DNA of 39,007 nt from Calditrichaceae bacterium. Its GTDB lineage: Bacteria; Calditrichota; Calditrichia; Calditrichales; JBFXGD01. Below are positions 1 to 9,734 of the stretch, in pieces (the first letter of the stretch is position 1; each line of letters starts with the position of its first letter). Under the pieces are notes generated by a model. It searched no databases, was not told the DNA's origin, and saw only the letters and a program-made list of their open reading frames with translations. The position numbers were made by a program, and so were the translations under genes. Where the stretch lies: assembly GCA_050178385.1 (NCBI GenBank), contig JBFXGD010000016.1:1-39007 (forward strand). Reading direction: 5' to 3'.

Positions 1-59
1 GTGAGTTTCGTCGTCTTGCCACTCCGGACAGGTCCCGTTAATATGTAAATTTCTTTCAT
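1..59 (-). CDS. P-loop NTPase N-terminus (THEP1/NTPase_1-like), truncated by the window edge
   Basis: Manual translation from ATG at 59 gives MKEIYILTGPVRSGKTTKL, a beta-strand followed by Walker A GxxxxGKT. It starts 7 nt after the stop of the upstream gene. Not in the supplied ORF track. Confidence 0.7.
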   Translation of the reverse strand, partial: MKEIYILTGPVRSGKTTKL

Positions 60-66
60 ATCCGCT

Positions 67-789
67 CTAAAATTTTGTCAGCCAGTAAAAGTGCGCCCAT
101 CCCATCGAATCAATCCCCCGGAGAAAAGTAATTGCTCCCAGCAGCATCACAATAAAAGCGGCGAGCCGGAACATCCTGTGTTTCAATTTAGCCGAAAACA
201 GATTCGCGGTCAAACCGATCAAAATCAGAGCCGGCATTGTGCCGATTCCAAACACCAGCATCACCAAGGCTCCTTTCCAAATGCTGCCTGTCGCCGCCGC
301 GGCGGCGCCGACCGAATAAACCAATCCGCAGGGGATAAATCCAAGAACGATTCCCAACACAAACACGTTTTTCCGGTCAAGACGATTCAAAAGATGATCA
401 ACCAATTTTCTGAAGTAACCGAATCCCGGGAACGATTCCGGTGAAAATCCGCGGAGAATTCCGGCCAGATCAAGCCCCATCAAAAACATCACCACACCGG
501 CGAATATCTGCAGGATTCCCTGAAAATCCCTGATCGCAAGAACCACGCCAATCGTGCTTCCAAGCAAACCGAATATTTCACCGAGAAAGGTATATGTAAG
601 CACCCGGCCGGAATTATACAACAGGTGCGGTGTCAGATTTCTCAAACGATCCCTGAACGAACCCGATGGGTGATTAAGCTGCGGCAATTTTAATGAATAC
701 GCCATGATAAATCCGCCACACATACCGATGCAGTGGCTGAAACTACCCAATAATCCTATTAAAAACGCGCCTGACAGATCAATATTCAT
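67..789 (-). CDS. DsbD_2 / TauE-SafE-like membrane protein (cytochrome c biogenesis/heavy-metal associated family)
   Basis: Motifs GLLGSFSHCIGMCGG, YNSGRVLTY, GFIPCGLVY and FGIGTMP; multiple TM helices. Start moved from 843 to ATG 789 (MNIDLSGAF). Confidence 0.85.
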   Translation of the reverse strand: MNIDLSGAFLIGLLGSFSHCIGMCGGFIMAYSLKLPQLNHPSGSFRDRLRNLTPHLLYNSGRVLTYTFLGEIFGLLGSTIGVVLAIRDFQGILQIFAGVVMFLMGLDLAGILRGFSPESFPGFGYFRKLVDHLLNRLDRKNVFVLGIVLGFIPCGLVYSVGAAAAATGSIWKGALVMLVFGIGTMPALILIGLTANLFSAKLKHRMFRLAAFIVMLLGAITFLRGIDSMGWAHFYWLTKF

Positions 790-860
790 TTTTTTCTTCG
801 ATTTTTTTAAATTAAATATAAACCGCTTACAAATAAATGACAAACGGATTCAATTTCCTC

Positions 861-889
861 TTGATATTTTGCGCGCCCTTCAATAATAT
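861..889 (+). promoter_or_regulatory. Putative sigma70 promoter for the acyl-CoA dehydrogenase
   Basis: TTGATA (861-866), 17-nt spacer, TAATAT (884-889). Confidence 0.45.
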
Positions 890-1010
890 GATGCTGTTAA
901 CTCTCCGAATTTGCATTCACTCGTGGACAAATCAGCATATGATTTTTATTGAATTTGAAAAATTAAACGGATAAAACTAATCACATTTCTAAACAATTAC
1001 AGAGGTCAAA

Positions 1011-2243
1011 ATGATTGAAGCATTGTTATCCGATCATCAAAAGAAACTGCGTGAAGAGACCAGATCATTTGTCAACAGCGTTCCCGGCGGCCTGCTTCTT
1101 GATATGGATGAAGAAAAGGTACAATATCCACGGGAATTTTTAATTTCCGCCGCGGGGTCTCAGCTTTTGGGGCTGCGATTTGACAAACAATACGGCGGAA
1201 GAGGACTAAAATGGGTTGATGAAATTATAGCGCTGGAAGAAGTCGGCGTCCTTGGCGCTTCTCTGGCCTGCCTTTATTCACTGGTCAGCATTGTGGGTGA
1301 AGCGCTTCATATCTTTGGAAATGAATCGCAGAAACAGAAATATCTTGCTCCGCTGTTACGCGGAGAACTGTACTGCGCCGAGGCGCTTACTGAGCCCCGT
1401 GGCGGATCCGATTTTTTTGGAGCGACCACAACCGCTGTTAAAAAGGGGAATTCTTATATTCTCAACGGACAAAAAAGATTTGTGGTCGGTGCGGAAGGAG
1501 CGGATATTTTTCTTGTCTATGCCAAAACCGCGGATGAACATCCTTCAAAGTCGCTGAGCGCGTTTATTGTTGAACGGGATATGGGGATTGAAGTAAAATA
1601 TCTCTACGGCCTGATGGGAACAAGAGGCGGCGGCGCCGGAAGAATTATCTTTAAGGATACGGTCGTTCCGGAGGAGAATATTTTGCTCGGTGAAAACAGA
1701 GGAAAGGAAATTTTTTATCAGATGATGATTCCGGAACGAATGACTACCGCGGCCGGCGCGATCGGTCTCGCCCGCACAGCCATAGAAATTGCCGCAAGAT
1801 ACAGCGACAAGCGGAAGGCATTCGGTCAAAAGATTCGCGATTTCCAGGGTGTAAATTTTCAGATAGCTGAAAGCATTACACAGCTTGACGCTGCAAACGG
1901 ACTGATCTATGCCGCGGCATCCGCGGCGGATACTACGGGAAACACGGGATACACACGCCGGTTGGTATCAGAATCAAAAAAGTTTGCCACCGAGACATCA
2001 TGGAATGTCATAAACCACGCCATGCAGATTCTCGGTGGCATCGGTTACACCAATATTTTTCCGGTGGAAAGAATGCTGCGTGATTCACGACTGATGATGA
2101 TATGGACCGGCACCAATGAAATTATGAATCTCATTATTCAGCATGAATATTACAGGGAGTTGCTTGGCACAAAATCCAGCGCCCGGGATATGGAAGGTGT
2201 CGCTCCGGAATCAAACGCGGCAGATGAAAAAATTTATGAATAA
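1011..2243 (+). CDS. Acyl-CoA dehydrogenase family protein
   Basis: Motifs [37 protein letters not shown] and [14 protein letters not shown] upstream. Confidence 0.93.
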   Translation: MIEALLSDHQKKLREETRSFVNSVPGGLLLDMDEEKVQYPREFLISAAGSQLLGLRFDKQYGGRGLKWVDEIIALEEVGVLGASLACLYSLVSIVGEALHIFGNESQKQKYLAPLLRGELYCAEALTEPRGGSDFFGATTTAVKKGNSYILNGQKRFVVGAEGADIFLVYAKTADEHPSKSLSAFIVERDMGIEVKYLYGLMGTRGGGAGRIIFKDTVVPEENILLGENRGKEIFYQMMIPERMTTAAGAIGLARTAIEIAARYSDKRKAFGQKIRDFQGVNFQIAESITQLDAANGLIYAAASAADTTGNTGYTRRLVSESKKFATETSWNVINHAMQILGGIGYTNIFPVERMLRDSRLMMIWTGTNEIMNLIIQHEYYRELLGTKSSARDMEGVAPESNAADEKIYE

Positions 2244-2282
2244 AAAAAAAGACTGGCCGAATCAACCCGGTCAGTCTCTTTT
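2244..2282. terminator. Bidirectional intrinsic terminator between convergent genes
   Basis: Stem GACTGGCCG/CGGTCAGTC (2251-2276), with an A-run before it and TCTTTT after it. Confidence 0.75.
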
Positions 2283-2301
2283 ATAACTTATATGAGCCAG
2301 G

Positions 2302-2973
2302 CTAAAAACTCAGTTTTATTCCCGTACTCAGGACATGAAGCGTTTCATTATCTTTTAGATCCTGACGGATATAATTCACCACAAACCCGACATGTTCCAT
2401 CAGGGAGATACCGGTGCCTGCGTACAGACGGTGCCGGTTTATGAACTGCTGGGTATCCTCTTTGGTGTCACCGAAAGGCTCGGTCGCGATGAACGGTGTT
2501 AGATTTAAATTGCCGAATTTAAGCTTATATGAAAACTTGAACATCAAACGGTACATCATATGATCTTCCACCTGCGGCTGCTCATAGTTTCTGAATTCAA
2601 AACGTAAACGGGTATCAAGATTCAGATTTCCCACAAGATTTGTCTTTCTGCCGGAATCCACGATGATTCGGTTATCATAACTTGTGAACGTTGATTTTTC
2701 CTGATGTTCTCTTTTGTATGCAAGCCCGAAATACAGGTTATGAGGCAATTTGTAGATAAAACCCGCCTGTACATTGCTTAGAAAAGATGATCCGAGATAG
2801 GTCAGTTCCTGATAACGGCTTTCCTGACTTAAAGCCAAAGTCAGTTTGTCATTTGCTTTTAATGAAAGACTTTTAGTGTTCCATCCCTGATCAGACGCGA
2901 ATGAAGAGGTGATTCCGAATCCGATAAAAAGTAAGATTATTGTTTTGAGTGTAAGATGATAACTGTGTTTCAT
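2302..2973 (-). CDS. DUF2490-like outer-membrane beta-barrel protein
   Basis: Signal peptide (…SSFAS), alternating beta-strands, RLRFEFR and RHRLYAG motifs, C-terminal Phe (GIKLSF). Confidence 0.75.
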   Translation of the reverse strand: MKHSYHLTLKTIILLFIGFGITSSFASDQGWNTKSLSLKANDKLTLALSQESRYQELTYLGSSFLSNVQAGFIYKLPHNLYFGLAYKREHQEKSTFTSYDNRIIVDSGRKTNLVGNLNLDTRLRFEFRNYEQPQVEDHMMYRLMFKFSYKLKFGNLNLTPFIATEPFGDTKEDTQQFINRHRLYAGTGISLMEHVGFVVNYIRQDLKDNETLHVLSTGIKLSF

Positions 2974-3477
2974 AATCCCTTTTCCTTTGATATTAATTCC
3001 ATTTATTTAACTTTTCTACTGTCATGCCAAGGCCTGTTGAGCAGGCCATCTTAAAAAGTGTCAAACTTACAAAAAAAAACCAAAATTGCAAACGCCCACA
3101 GCATTCTATTTTGATTTTTTTCCGTTTTTTCAAATATTAGTTATGTTTAAAAGAGATTTATGACAATAAACTGTTTTTTCCGGTCATATATCGGCAATGT
3201 ACGATTAAAATAATTTACTAAACGATAGTTTATAATTCATAAACAGCCATTTATCATATATAAACGCTCAGTTTTCATTCCGAAACGGAAATATATCGCT
3301 TCTTCCCGGGTCCTGTTGACTTATTTATAGCGTTTGATAGATCAATTACATAATTCTTGTCTTTTGCAATCGAAATGTAGAGAGAACAAAACTAAATGAT
3401 TTGTTCATGTCACGGCGGGGAGTTAAAATGGACGTACAAGTCCTGGTATGTTCATTAAAAAACGGATCAGATCAGAG

Positions 3478-3520
3478 AAAGAACAAAATCACACGCCGGT
3501 ACAGTTCAACCGGCGCGTGA
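3478..3520 (-). terminator. Intrinsic terminator of the 12074-3540 operon
   Basis: On the minus strand: TCACGCGCCGGT-loop-ACCGGCGTGTGA followed by TTTTGTTCTTT, about 20 nt past the hydrolase stop. Confidence 0.8.
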
Positions 3521-3539
3521 AATTGTATCCTTAGGAGAT

Positions 3540-4496
3540 CTAATTTTCAGAAAGAAATTCCAGAATGGCTTTATTGGCCGCTTCAGATTTTTCGTATTGT
3601 ACAAAATGGCCGCATTTCGGAATCATTATTAATTTACTGTTTGGAATCTCACGGTCACCGATATTCGCCACATCGATGGTTTTACCGCCATGTAGGTAAG
3701 GATTTGGAATTAGCCCGTCATTTTCACCGAACATAATCAGCGTTGGCTGCATGACTTTATCCAGCCTGTCCCATACGATCCCGTCGAGCATCGCGCCGAC
3801 ATTCTTTGAAACCGCGTAACAGTAATCATCAAAATCGGAAGCGCCCCTTATCTGAATCCTGTCCGTAATCATAAAATCCACATCTTCCGGCACCTCATAA
3901 AAGTTAGATTTCAGATTGACATCAATGCTTCTTGTGTTGGTATTTTTTACAAATTCCGCGGAGACCGCTTTTCGCATCCAGTCGCCTTCACCCTCGGTAA
4001 ACCGCTCGAATCCCGCGGGGGATATCAAAACCAGTTTCTCAACCTTGTCCGGATAATTCAGCGCGGCGGTCATGGCGATCTGTCCGCCCATTGAATGACC
4101 GATCAATGTTGCTTTCTCCACTTCAAGATTGGTAAGCAGCTCGGTCAATACCTGCGCGTAAAAATCCATTGAATACTGATAATAGCCTTTTTCCGATTTT
4201 CCGTAGCCCGGCAAATCCACCGCAATAACCCGGTAAGATTTTGCCAGAACGGGAATATTTTTTATCCAGCCCTTGGCATTTGTGCCCAGTCCATGAATCA
4301 GCATCACTGTCTTTTCGCCGCTGCCCTGATCAATAACAGCCACATTAATATTGCGGACCTGTACTTTTTTGACAGGGAATCCATAATCGATGTCATCAAA
4401 TTCAGCGGCAGGCAGCTTATAATACCGCGATGTCGCGCACCCGGAAAATGCCATGGCAATGATCACCGTGATAAGTAATTTTGTAAGTTTTTTCAT
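3540..4496 (-). CDS. Alpha/beta-fold hydrolase (esterase/lipase-like), predicted lipoprotein
   Basis: Lipobox FSG-C; HGLG oxyanion motif; GHSMGG nucleophile elbow; GENDGL (Asp) and CGHFV (His). Confidence 0.9.
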   Translation of the reverse strand: MKKLTKLLITVIIAMAFSGCATSRYYKLPAAEFDDIDYGFPVKKVQVRNINVAVIDQGSGEKTVMLIHGLGTNAKGWIKNIPVLAKSYRVIAVDLPGYGKSEKGYYQYSMDFYAQVLTELLTNLEVEKATLIGHSMGGQIAMTAALNYPDKVEKLVLISPAGFERFTEGEGDWMRKAVSAEFVKNTNTRSIDVNLKSNFYEVPEDVDFMITDRIQIRGASDFDDYCYAVSKNVGAMLDGIVWDRLDKVMQPTLIMFGENDGLIPNPYLHGGKTIDVANIGDREIPNSKLIMIPKCGHFVQYEKSEAANKAILEFLSEN

Positions 4497-4506
4497 TCCA
4501 CACCCC

Positions 4507-6045
4507 TTAAAACATTATCCACTTAAGTGTGGCAAATACCGTCCAGGGATCCTTGGGACGACTGGTCCGGTTACCGTTTAGTTCGGGTGAATCAAAGAAG
4601 TCACCCAATGCCAGATATGCCGCGTGCAGCTCCATATCCATATATACTTTCGGACGATACAGTAAGTTGAAGTTGATTTCGGAACCGATATAATTACCAC
4701 CCTGTGCCGGTGAGACCGCGGAATAGCCCGTACCCAGTCCGACCTTCGCCTTGAATTTATTTGGAACAATATCATACGAACCGGCAAGGGATGCCGCCGC
4801 GAGACCGTACCCGACATTCTGTATATCAATAACGGCCGCGTTAAACCGATTCACCACATTACCATGCGGAAGCAGCAGATAGAGACCGTGACTGAAGAAT
4901 ACCGCGCCCGGAGCCGTCCAGTTATTACCTGTGAGAACACCTGTATATTTTCCGTCGGAAATATTTTTTTCATCTCCCGATGTGAATATCCCGTCCAGCG
5001 CCAGATGATCATTCGCGTTTTTTCCGTATTTATAGGCCAGGCGAAGGTTACCCGCGAAACCGGCGATATCTACAGAATGTGACTCGGACTCTGCTTTTCC
5101 AAGATTTGTGACCGCGAAACCGCTGTAACCGAATCGCCCCTGGTTCAGCAGGGGATTCCCGTGAAAATGGGTTCCAAGCCAGATGATATCCGCCGTATAG
5201 TCTTCATTTCCGAAGTTGAAATTATAAACGCCGTTATAATTACTTAGCCCGGAATTTAATCCCTGACCAAGGATGGATACTCCGCCTTCTCCGTTGCCCC
5301 TGTCCTTTAAATACCAGGCGGAAACACCGATAGAGTTGATAATATCCAGATCATATTCATAATCTGTTTCGAACAGAACAACATCATCGTTTTGTTCAAC
5401 ATTGTTTTCATAAAGCTGATAAACACCGGCTTTCATGCGTTGATTGTTCTTCAAATAATGTGTGGTGATACCCGAAGCATCAGAACCCCAGAAGGCCAGA
5501 CGATAACCTGTATTCACAAGATAACTGGTAGGCGTATAGGCCGGAACGCTGACATTGTCAAACAGACGGGTTAGACCCGCGTTGACAAACAAATTTTTCT
5601 GAGGACGGAATTCAATATATAGATTCTGTGTCTGCATGTTTACAAAGTCAGCTCCGAAAGCGCCGCCAAAATTCCCGCCGGCGCCATAATTGGCATCCCC
5701 CCAGGTCCAGTCAAATTCGAAACTCATACGCATGGTTGCCCAGCCGTCAAACAGACGTGGTGTATAGGCAATGATGGGGATAAATCGCTGTTCGGTAAAC
5801 GATGAAACACGGTCTGATGTTTTGGTTGTATTGCCTCCAAACAGGCGCCCGACGACCTGACCTTTCAAGAATTCATTTGTCGGAGCCACGTTGGACTGCT
5901 CGGTGCGCATAAAATAGTACCCGATAAAGGTGAATTCACTTTTCTGATCTTTTTCTTTTTTTTCTGTGAATGCTTCATCCACCTGAGCAAATATATTTGA
6001 AGAAAGCAGGAACACCGATATTATGAAAAGACTGATTCGTTTCAT
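4507..6045 (-). CDS. Hypothetical protein, predicted outer-membrane beta-barrel/porin
   Basis: Signal peptide (IFAQ), Gly/aromatic-rich amphipathic strands, C-terminal ...LKWIMF; no recognisable family motif. Confidence 0.7.
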   Translation of the reverse strand: MKRISLFIISVFLLSSNIFAQVDEAFTEKKEKDQKSEFTFIGYYFMRTEQSNVAPTNEFLKGQVVGRLFGGNTTKTSDRVSSFTEQRFIPIIAYTPRLFDGWATMRMSFEFDWTWGDANYGAGGNFGGAFGADFVNMQTQNLYIEFRPQKNLFVNAGLTRLFDNVSVPAYTPTSYLVNTGYRLAFWGSDASGITTHYLKNNQRMKAGVYQLYENNVEQNDDVVLFETDYEYDLDIINSIGVSAWYLKDRGNGEGGVSILGQGLNSGLSNYNGVYNFNFGNEDYTADIIWLGTHFHGNPLLNQGRFGYSGFAVTNLGKAESESHSVDIAGFAGNLRLAYKYGKNANDHLALDGIFTSGDEKNISDGKYTGVLTGNNWTAPGAVFFSHGLYLLLPHGNVVNRFNAAVIDIQNVGYGLAAASLAGSYDIVPNKFKAKVGLGTGYSAVSPAQGGNYIGSEINFNLLYRPKVYMDMELHAAYLALGDFFDSPELNGNRTSRPKDPWTVFATLKWIMF

Positions 6046-6079
6046 AATGTCACTCGTATTTTAGTTTTCAAAAGGAAGA

Positions 6080-6104
6080 AATCTCCCTCACGTGAAGGGA
6101 GATT
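6080..6104 (-). terminator. Intra-operon hairpin (attenuator or mRNA stabiliser)
   Basis: 9-bp stem AATCTCCCT-N7-AGGGAGATT, followed on the minus strand by TCTTCCTTTT. Confidence 0.55.
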
Positions 6105-6117
6105 CTGTAATTAGCGT

Positions 6118-6609
6118 CTACTCTTTTACATAGTACTGAATATTGCTGGTACCTAAAGCCGGATCGGAACCAAAGCCTGTTGCCACAGTTCTCGGGGTAG
6201 CGCCGATATCTGGAAGAGTCTGCACGGCTTCAAGCTTCAGAGTGTCAGGGGTCGCGTCAATTACCTGAAAAATACCTTCCTGTTCAAACGCGGCATAAAC
6301 AAACTTCACAGTGTGAACATCACCGGAAGCTGATTCCGTTACCGCAAAGGTGCCTTCGACTGTGTTCCATGCTCCGTCTTTTACATGAGAGCTCGTTTTT
6401 ACGGTGTTCAGTTCGGTCAGTTCAACTCGGACACTGTCATAATTAAAAAGATATACCAGAATAGGCGCAACATCCGGACCGGCGCTAAGCCATGTGCCAA
6501 CTCATGCATCTACTTCCACGGTACTGTTTGTTCCGCTGTCATCACTGCCGCAGGAAGCCATAAACAGCATTCCCATAACGACTAACGATAAAATAATGAT
6601 ACGCTTCAT
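6118..6609 (-). pseudogene. 163-codon lipoprotein gene interrupted by one in-frame TGA (codon 36, 6502-6504)
   Basis: SD GGAGG, then ATG 6609: MKRIIILSLVVMGMLFMAS-CGSDDSGTNSTVEVDA*VGTWLSAGPDVAPILVYLFNYDSV...QYYVKE-TAG. The frame is otherwise open and joins the 6118..6309 ORF of the track. Confidence 0.75.
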
Positions 6610-6647
6610 TTTCTTTTCCTCCAATTAAGGGTTAATTGATAGCGTTA

Positions 6648-8150
6648 TTATAGTTTTCTTAAGGCTTTTCTGTCAATTTTTCCTGCCTCGTTTTTTGGCA
6701 GGGCATCAATTCGTTTTACATACCTGGGTATTTTATATTTCGCCAGCTTTCCTTTACAGGTGTCCAGAATTTGCTGTTCTGTCAGTTTTGTATTTGATTC
6801 GAACACAACATACGCCTTCCCGACTTCTCCCCATTTTTCGTCATGAACACCGATAACGGCGACTTCTTTTATCCCCGAAATCGTATAAAGATATTTTTCC
6901 ACTTCAGCGGGATATACATTTTCTCCGCCGCTGATAAACATGTTTTTCTTTCTGTCCACCACGTAAAAATATCCTTCATCATCCTTCATGACGATATCGC
7001 CTGTGTGAAACCATCCATCGGTGATCGCCTCGCTCGTCTCTTTATCTTTTCGCCAGTAACCTGGTGTCACCACGGGAGATTTCAGCCACAATTCGCCCGG
7101 TTCATTTATCCCGCGCTCATTTCCATTCTCATCCATAATTTTAGCGTTTATGTAAAAATTGGGAAATCCTATGGAACCCTTTTTGCGGATAGCGTCATCC
7201 TGATGAAGTGAAAAACAATTTGGACCGACCTCCGTTAAACCGTACCCCTGCCGGATATAAATACCTTTCGCGTGCCAGCGGTTAATCAGCGGAATAGGCA
7301 TCGGGGCGCCACCGACAATCGCGTATCTGACACCGGAAAGATCCACTTTATCAAACAGCGGTGAATCGGACATCATTTGAAGCATGGTGGGCACGCCAAA
7401 CAGTATGGTCGATTTTTCTTTTTCCATTAAGGTCAGAATTTCATCCGCCTCAAATCCGGAAAGCAAGGTGTGTGACGCGCCATGATGAATAAACGGTGTC
7501 AGCAGCACATTCCAGCCGCCAGTATGAAAAAACGGGGCGAAACTTTGCGTGTGATCCATTGAATTCAGATCCAGTCTCAGGGATGTGTTGATGGAATTCC
7601 AGAACAGCATCCGATGATTGATCATCGCGCCTTTTGGCAATCCTGTTGTACCGGCCGTATATAAGATCATAACCAGATCATCTTCGGTAACGGATTGTTC
7701 CTGGTTAACACAATCCAAAGCTTTATTTTCCGTTAGAAACGGTGTAATTGAATTCATCTCTGACTTTATTTTTATCGGCAGCAGCGATTTTAATAACGAA
7801 ACCTGGTCTTTAAATTCACTCTCATAGATAAAGACTTTTGGTTCGGCATCTGAAATCAAAACATCCAGTTCAACGGGTGTTAATCTGAAATTAAGAGGCA
7901 CAAGAATCGCGCCTGTCTTTATACAGGCATAGAAAAGAAAGACATACTCAGCGCGGTTTTTTGAATAAACGGCAATTCTGTCGCCTTTATTTATCTTCAA
8001 ATCATCAATAAGATATTGCGCAAGAGCGTTTACGCGTCCGTTAAATTCAAAATATGTCCATTGCAGATCACGGTCATGCTCACGCAGCGCCATTCTCTCA
8101 GGTGTGTAAAGCGCCCATTTTTTTAACCAGTCAAATCCATCGTTAAACAT
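6648..8150 (-). CDS. Acyl-CoA synthetase / AMP-binding enzyme (MenE/FadD-like)
   Basis: Motifs YTAGTTGLPKG, QGYGLTE, WFHTGD, ISGGENVYPAEVE and PKNEAGKIDR. Confidence 0.93.
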   Translation of the reverse strand: MFNDGFDWLKKWALYTPERMALREHDRDLQWTYFEFNGRVNALAQYLIDDLKINKGDRIAVYSKNRAEYVFLFYACIKTGAILVPLNFRLTPVELDVLISDAEPKVFIYESEFKDQVSLLKSLLPIKIKSEMNSITPFLTENKALDCVNQEQSVTEDDLVMILYTAGTTGLPKGAMINHRMLFWNSINTSLRLDLNSMDHTQSFAPFFHTGGWNVLLTPFIHHGASHTLLSGFEADEILTLMEKEKSTILFGVPTMLQMMSDSPLFDKVDLSGVRYAIVGGAPMPIPLINRWHAKGIYIRQGYGLTEVGPNCFSLHQDDAIRKKGSIGFPNFYINAKIMDENGNERGINEPGELWLKSPVVTPGYWRKDKETSEAITDGWFHTGDIVMKDDEGYFYVVDRKKNMFISGGENVYPAEVEKYLYTISGIKEVAVIGVHDEKWGEVGKAYVVFESNTKLTEQQILDTCKGKLAKYKIPRYVKRIDALPKNEAGKIDRKALRKL

Positions 8151-9663
8151 GAACTTTTCTCCTCAACGCGATATAAACCAGATAACCGGCAATCACCGAA
8201 CTAATAATCGCCACCGCGGCAGCGACTCCCGGATTCTCTCCGCTTGATTTGCTAAAAGGTACCGCAATTTTTCCGTAATACATCGTAAAATGAACAATGA
8301 TCGCGGTAACCGAGGCTGTGATGGGCGCCGCCTTGGGAACATCCTTTAAAAACATGCCAAACAGAATCGGTACGAAGGCCGCCGCGAAATAGGCATAGAC
8401 ACCGTTCTGGGCAAAAATGGCCACACTTAACTTGGGATTGATCAACTGATCATATGAAATATATATGGAGATAATACCGAGAATTACGATTGCAACCCGG
8501 TTAATGGAAACTTCAAGAAATGATTTTTTTGATTCATTTTCAGGATAGTATTTTCCAAACAGCGGTTTGATGATGTCAGATGTGATCGTCGTGCCGAGCG
8601 CCTGAATCAACCCTTCCAGGGTGGAAATTCCCGCGGAAATTAATCCCAAAACCACAATCAGACCTACATATACAGGGAATTCGCTAACCACGTAGGCGGA
8701 CATGATTCCATCCATTTTTAGCGGAGCGCCGTTTACGCTTAAATCAGGGAATGTGATACGCGCGTAAAGACCGGTGATGACAACTAAAAAGAAGATTATT
8801 TCGGTGATGATTCCGACAACGAGATAGCGATTTACATCTTTGTCCGTTTTTAGCAACAGGGATTTTGTAATGATATGCGGCTGGCAGACAATGGCGACAC
8901 CGACAACGATCTGCGCGAAGAAAATTTCAAAATAATCTCTGAATAGAAAACTGCTGTCATTTGTTGTCTGTACCATTTTCGGATCTATCGAGCTTAATTT
9001 ATCAAGAAATCCGCGAACCCCGTTGCTAAAATGTTCATACCCCGATCCAAGCAGTATGAACGCTACGATCAGCATCAGGATGGCCTGAACGGTGTTTGTG
9101 TAAACCATTGAATTGGCGCCGCCGAACATCATATAACCAAATATGAAGACAACAATGCCGATCAGAATGTATAATTCGGTGACATCCAGAGTTTTGGACA
9201 GGACCTTTGTCAGCCCCACAACGATAAGGACAATAAACGTGATAAGCAGCAGAGACAGAAAGCCAAAAAACAATCCGTAGCCGGAACTTTTGTAGCGGCT
9301 ACCGATCCATTGAGCCAGACTAAGCGCTTTGACCGTGCTGCCGTGTTTACGGAATCCTTTTGTCAAAATAACCAGAGAAATCATTGCTGCGGCAGGAAGA
9401 ACAAACGCGTAGGATATTACGGCGCTGATGCCATATAAGGCTATAAAACCGGGATTGATGATAAAGGTCGCCGCGCTGGTCATGGATGCCGCGAGGGCAA
9501 GACCGACAGCTACCGGGGAAAAGGCGATATTACCAACCGCGTAATCCGAGATTGTTTTAATTTTCCGAGCGCCACGGATGACGAAGAAAAGAATAACACC
9601 CATATAACACAGAATGAATATCCATCCCGCAAAAATTAAATCTTTTGAAGCGATACCTGTCAT
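8143..9663 (-). CDS. Sodium:solute symporter (SSS family)
   Basis: About 13 TM helices; SAATFIINPG, YTNTVQAILM and SAGISTLEG (SSS-like). Start likely ATG 9663. Overlaps the ligase start by 8 nt. Confidence 0.88.
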   Translation of the reverse strand: MTGIASKDLIFAGWIFILCYMGVILFFVIRGARKIKTISDYAVGNIAFSPVAVGLALAASMTSAATFIINPGFIALYGISAVISYAFVLPAAAMISLVILTKGFRKHGSTVKALSLAQWIGSRYKSSGYGLFFGFLSLLLITFIVLIVVGLTKVLSKTLDVTELYILIGIVVFIFGYMMFGGANSMVYTNTVQAILMLIVAFILLGSGYEHFSNGVRGFLDKLSSIDPKMVQTTNDSSFLFRDYFEIFFAQIVVGVAIVCQPHIITKSLLLKTDKDVNRYLVVGIITEIIFFLVVITGLYARITFPDLSVNGAPLKMDGIMSAYVVSEFPVYVGLIVVLGLISAGISTLEGLIQALGTTITSDIIKPLFGKYYPENESKKSFLEVSINRVAIVILGIISIYISYDQLINPKLSVAIFAQNGVYAYFAAAFVPILFGMFLKDVPKAAPITASVTAIIVHFTMYYGKIAVPFSKSSGENPGVAAAVAIISSVIAGYLVYIALRRKVHV

Positions 9664-9734
9664 TTTTTCACCCTTTTTCAAGAATTAAACGGTATCTTTC
9701 GAATAGGATTCCCGATCGGGATTTTAATCTTTCA

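Noticed and set aside
3031..3047. GGCCTG-N5-CAGGCC hairpin in the DUF2490 leader as a riboswitch
   Set aside because: A single short hairpin with no match to an aptamer consensus I recognise.
6450..6504. Selenocysteine or TGA=Trp recoding at the lipoprotein's internal TGA
   Set aside because: No redox Cys-type context, no convincing SECIS-like hairpin that I could identify by eye, and TGA serves as a normal stop elsewhere in the window. Kept only as a remote option.
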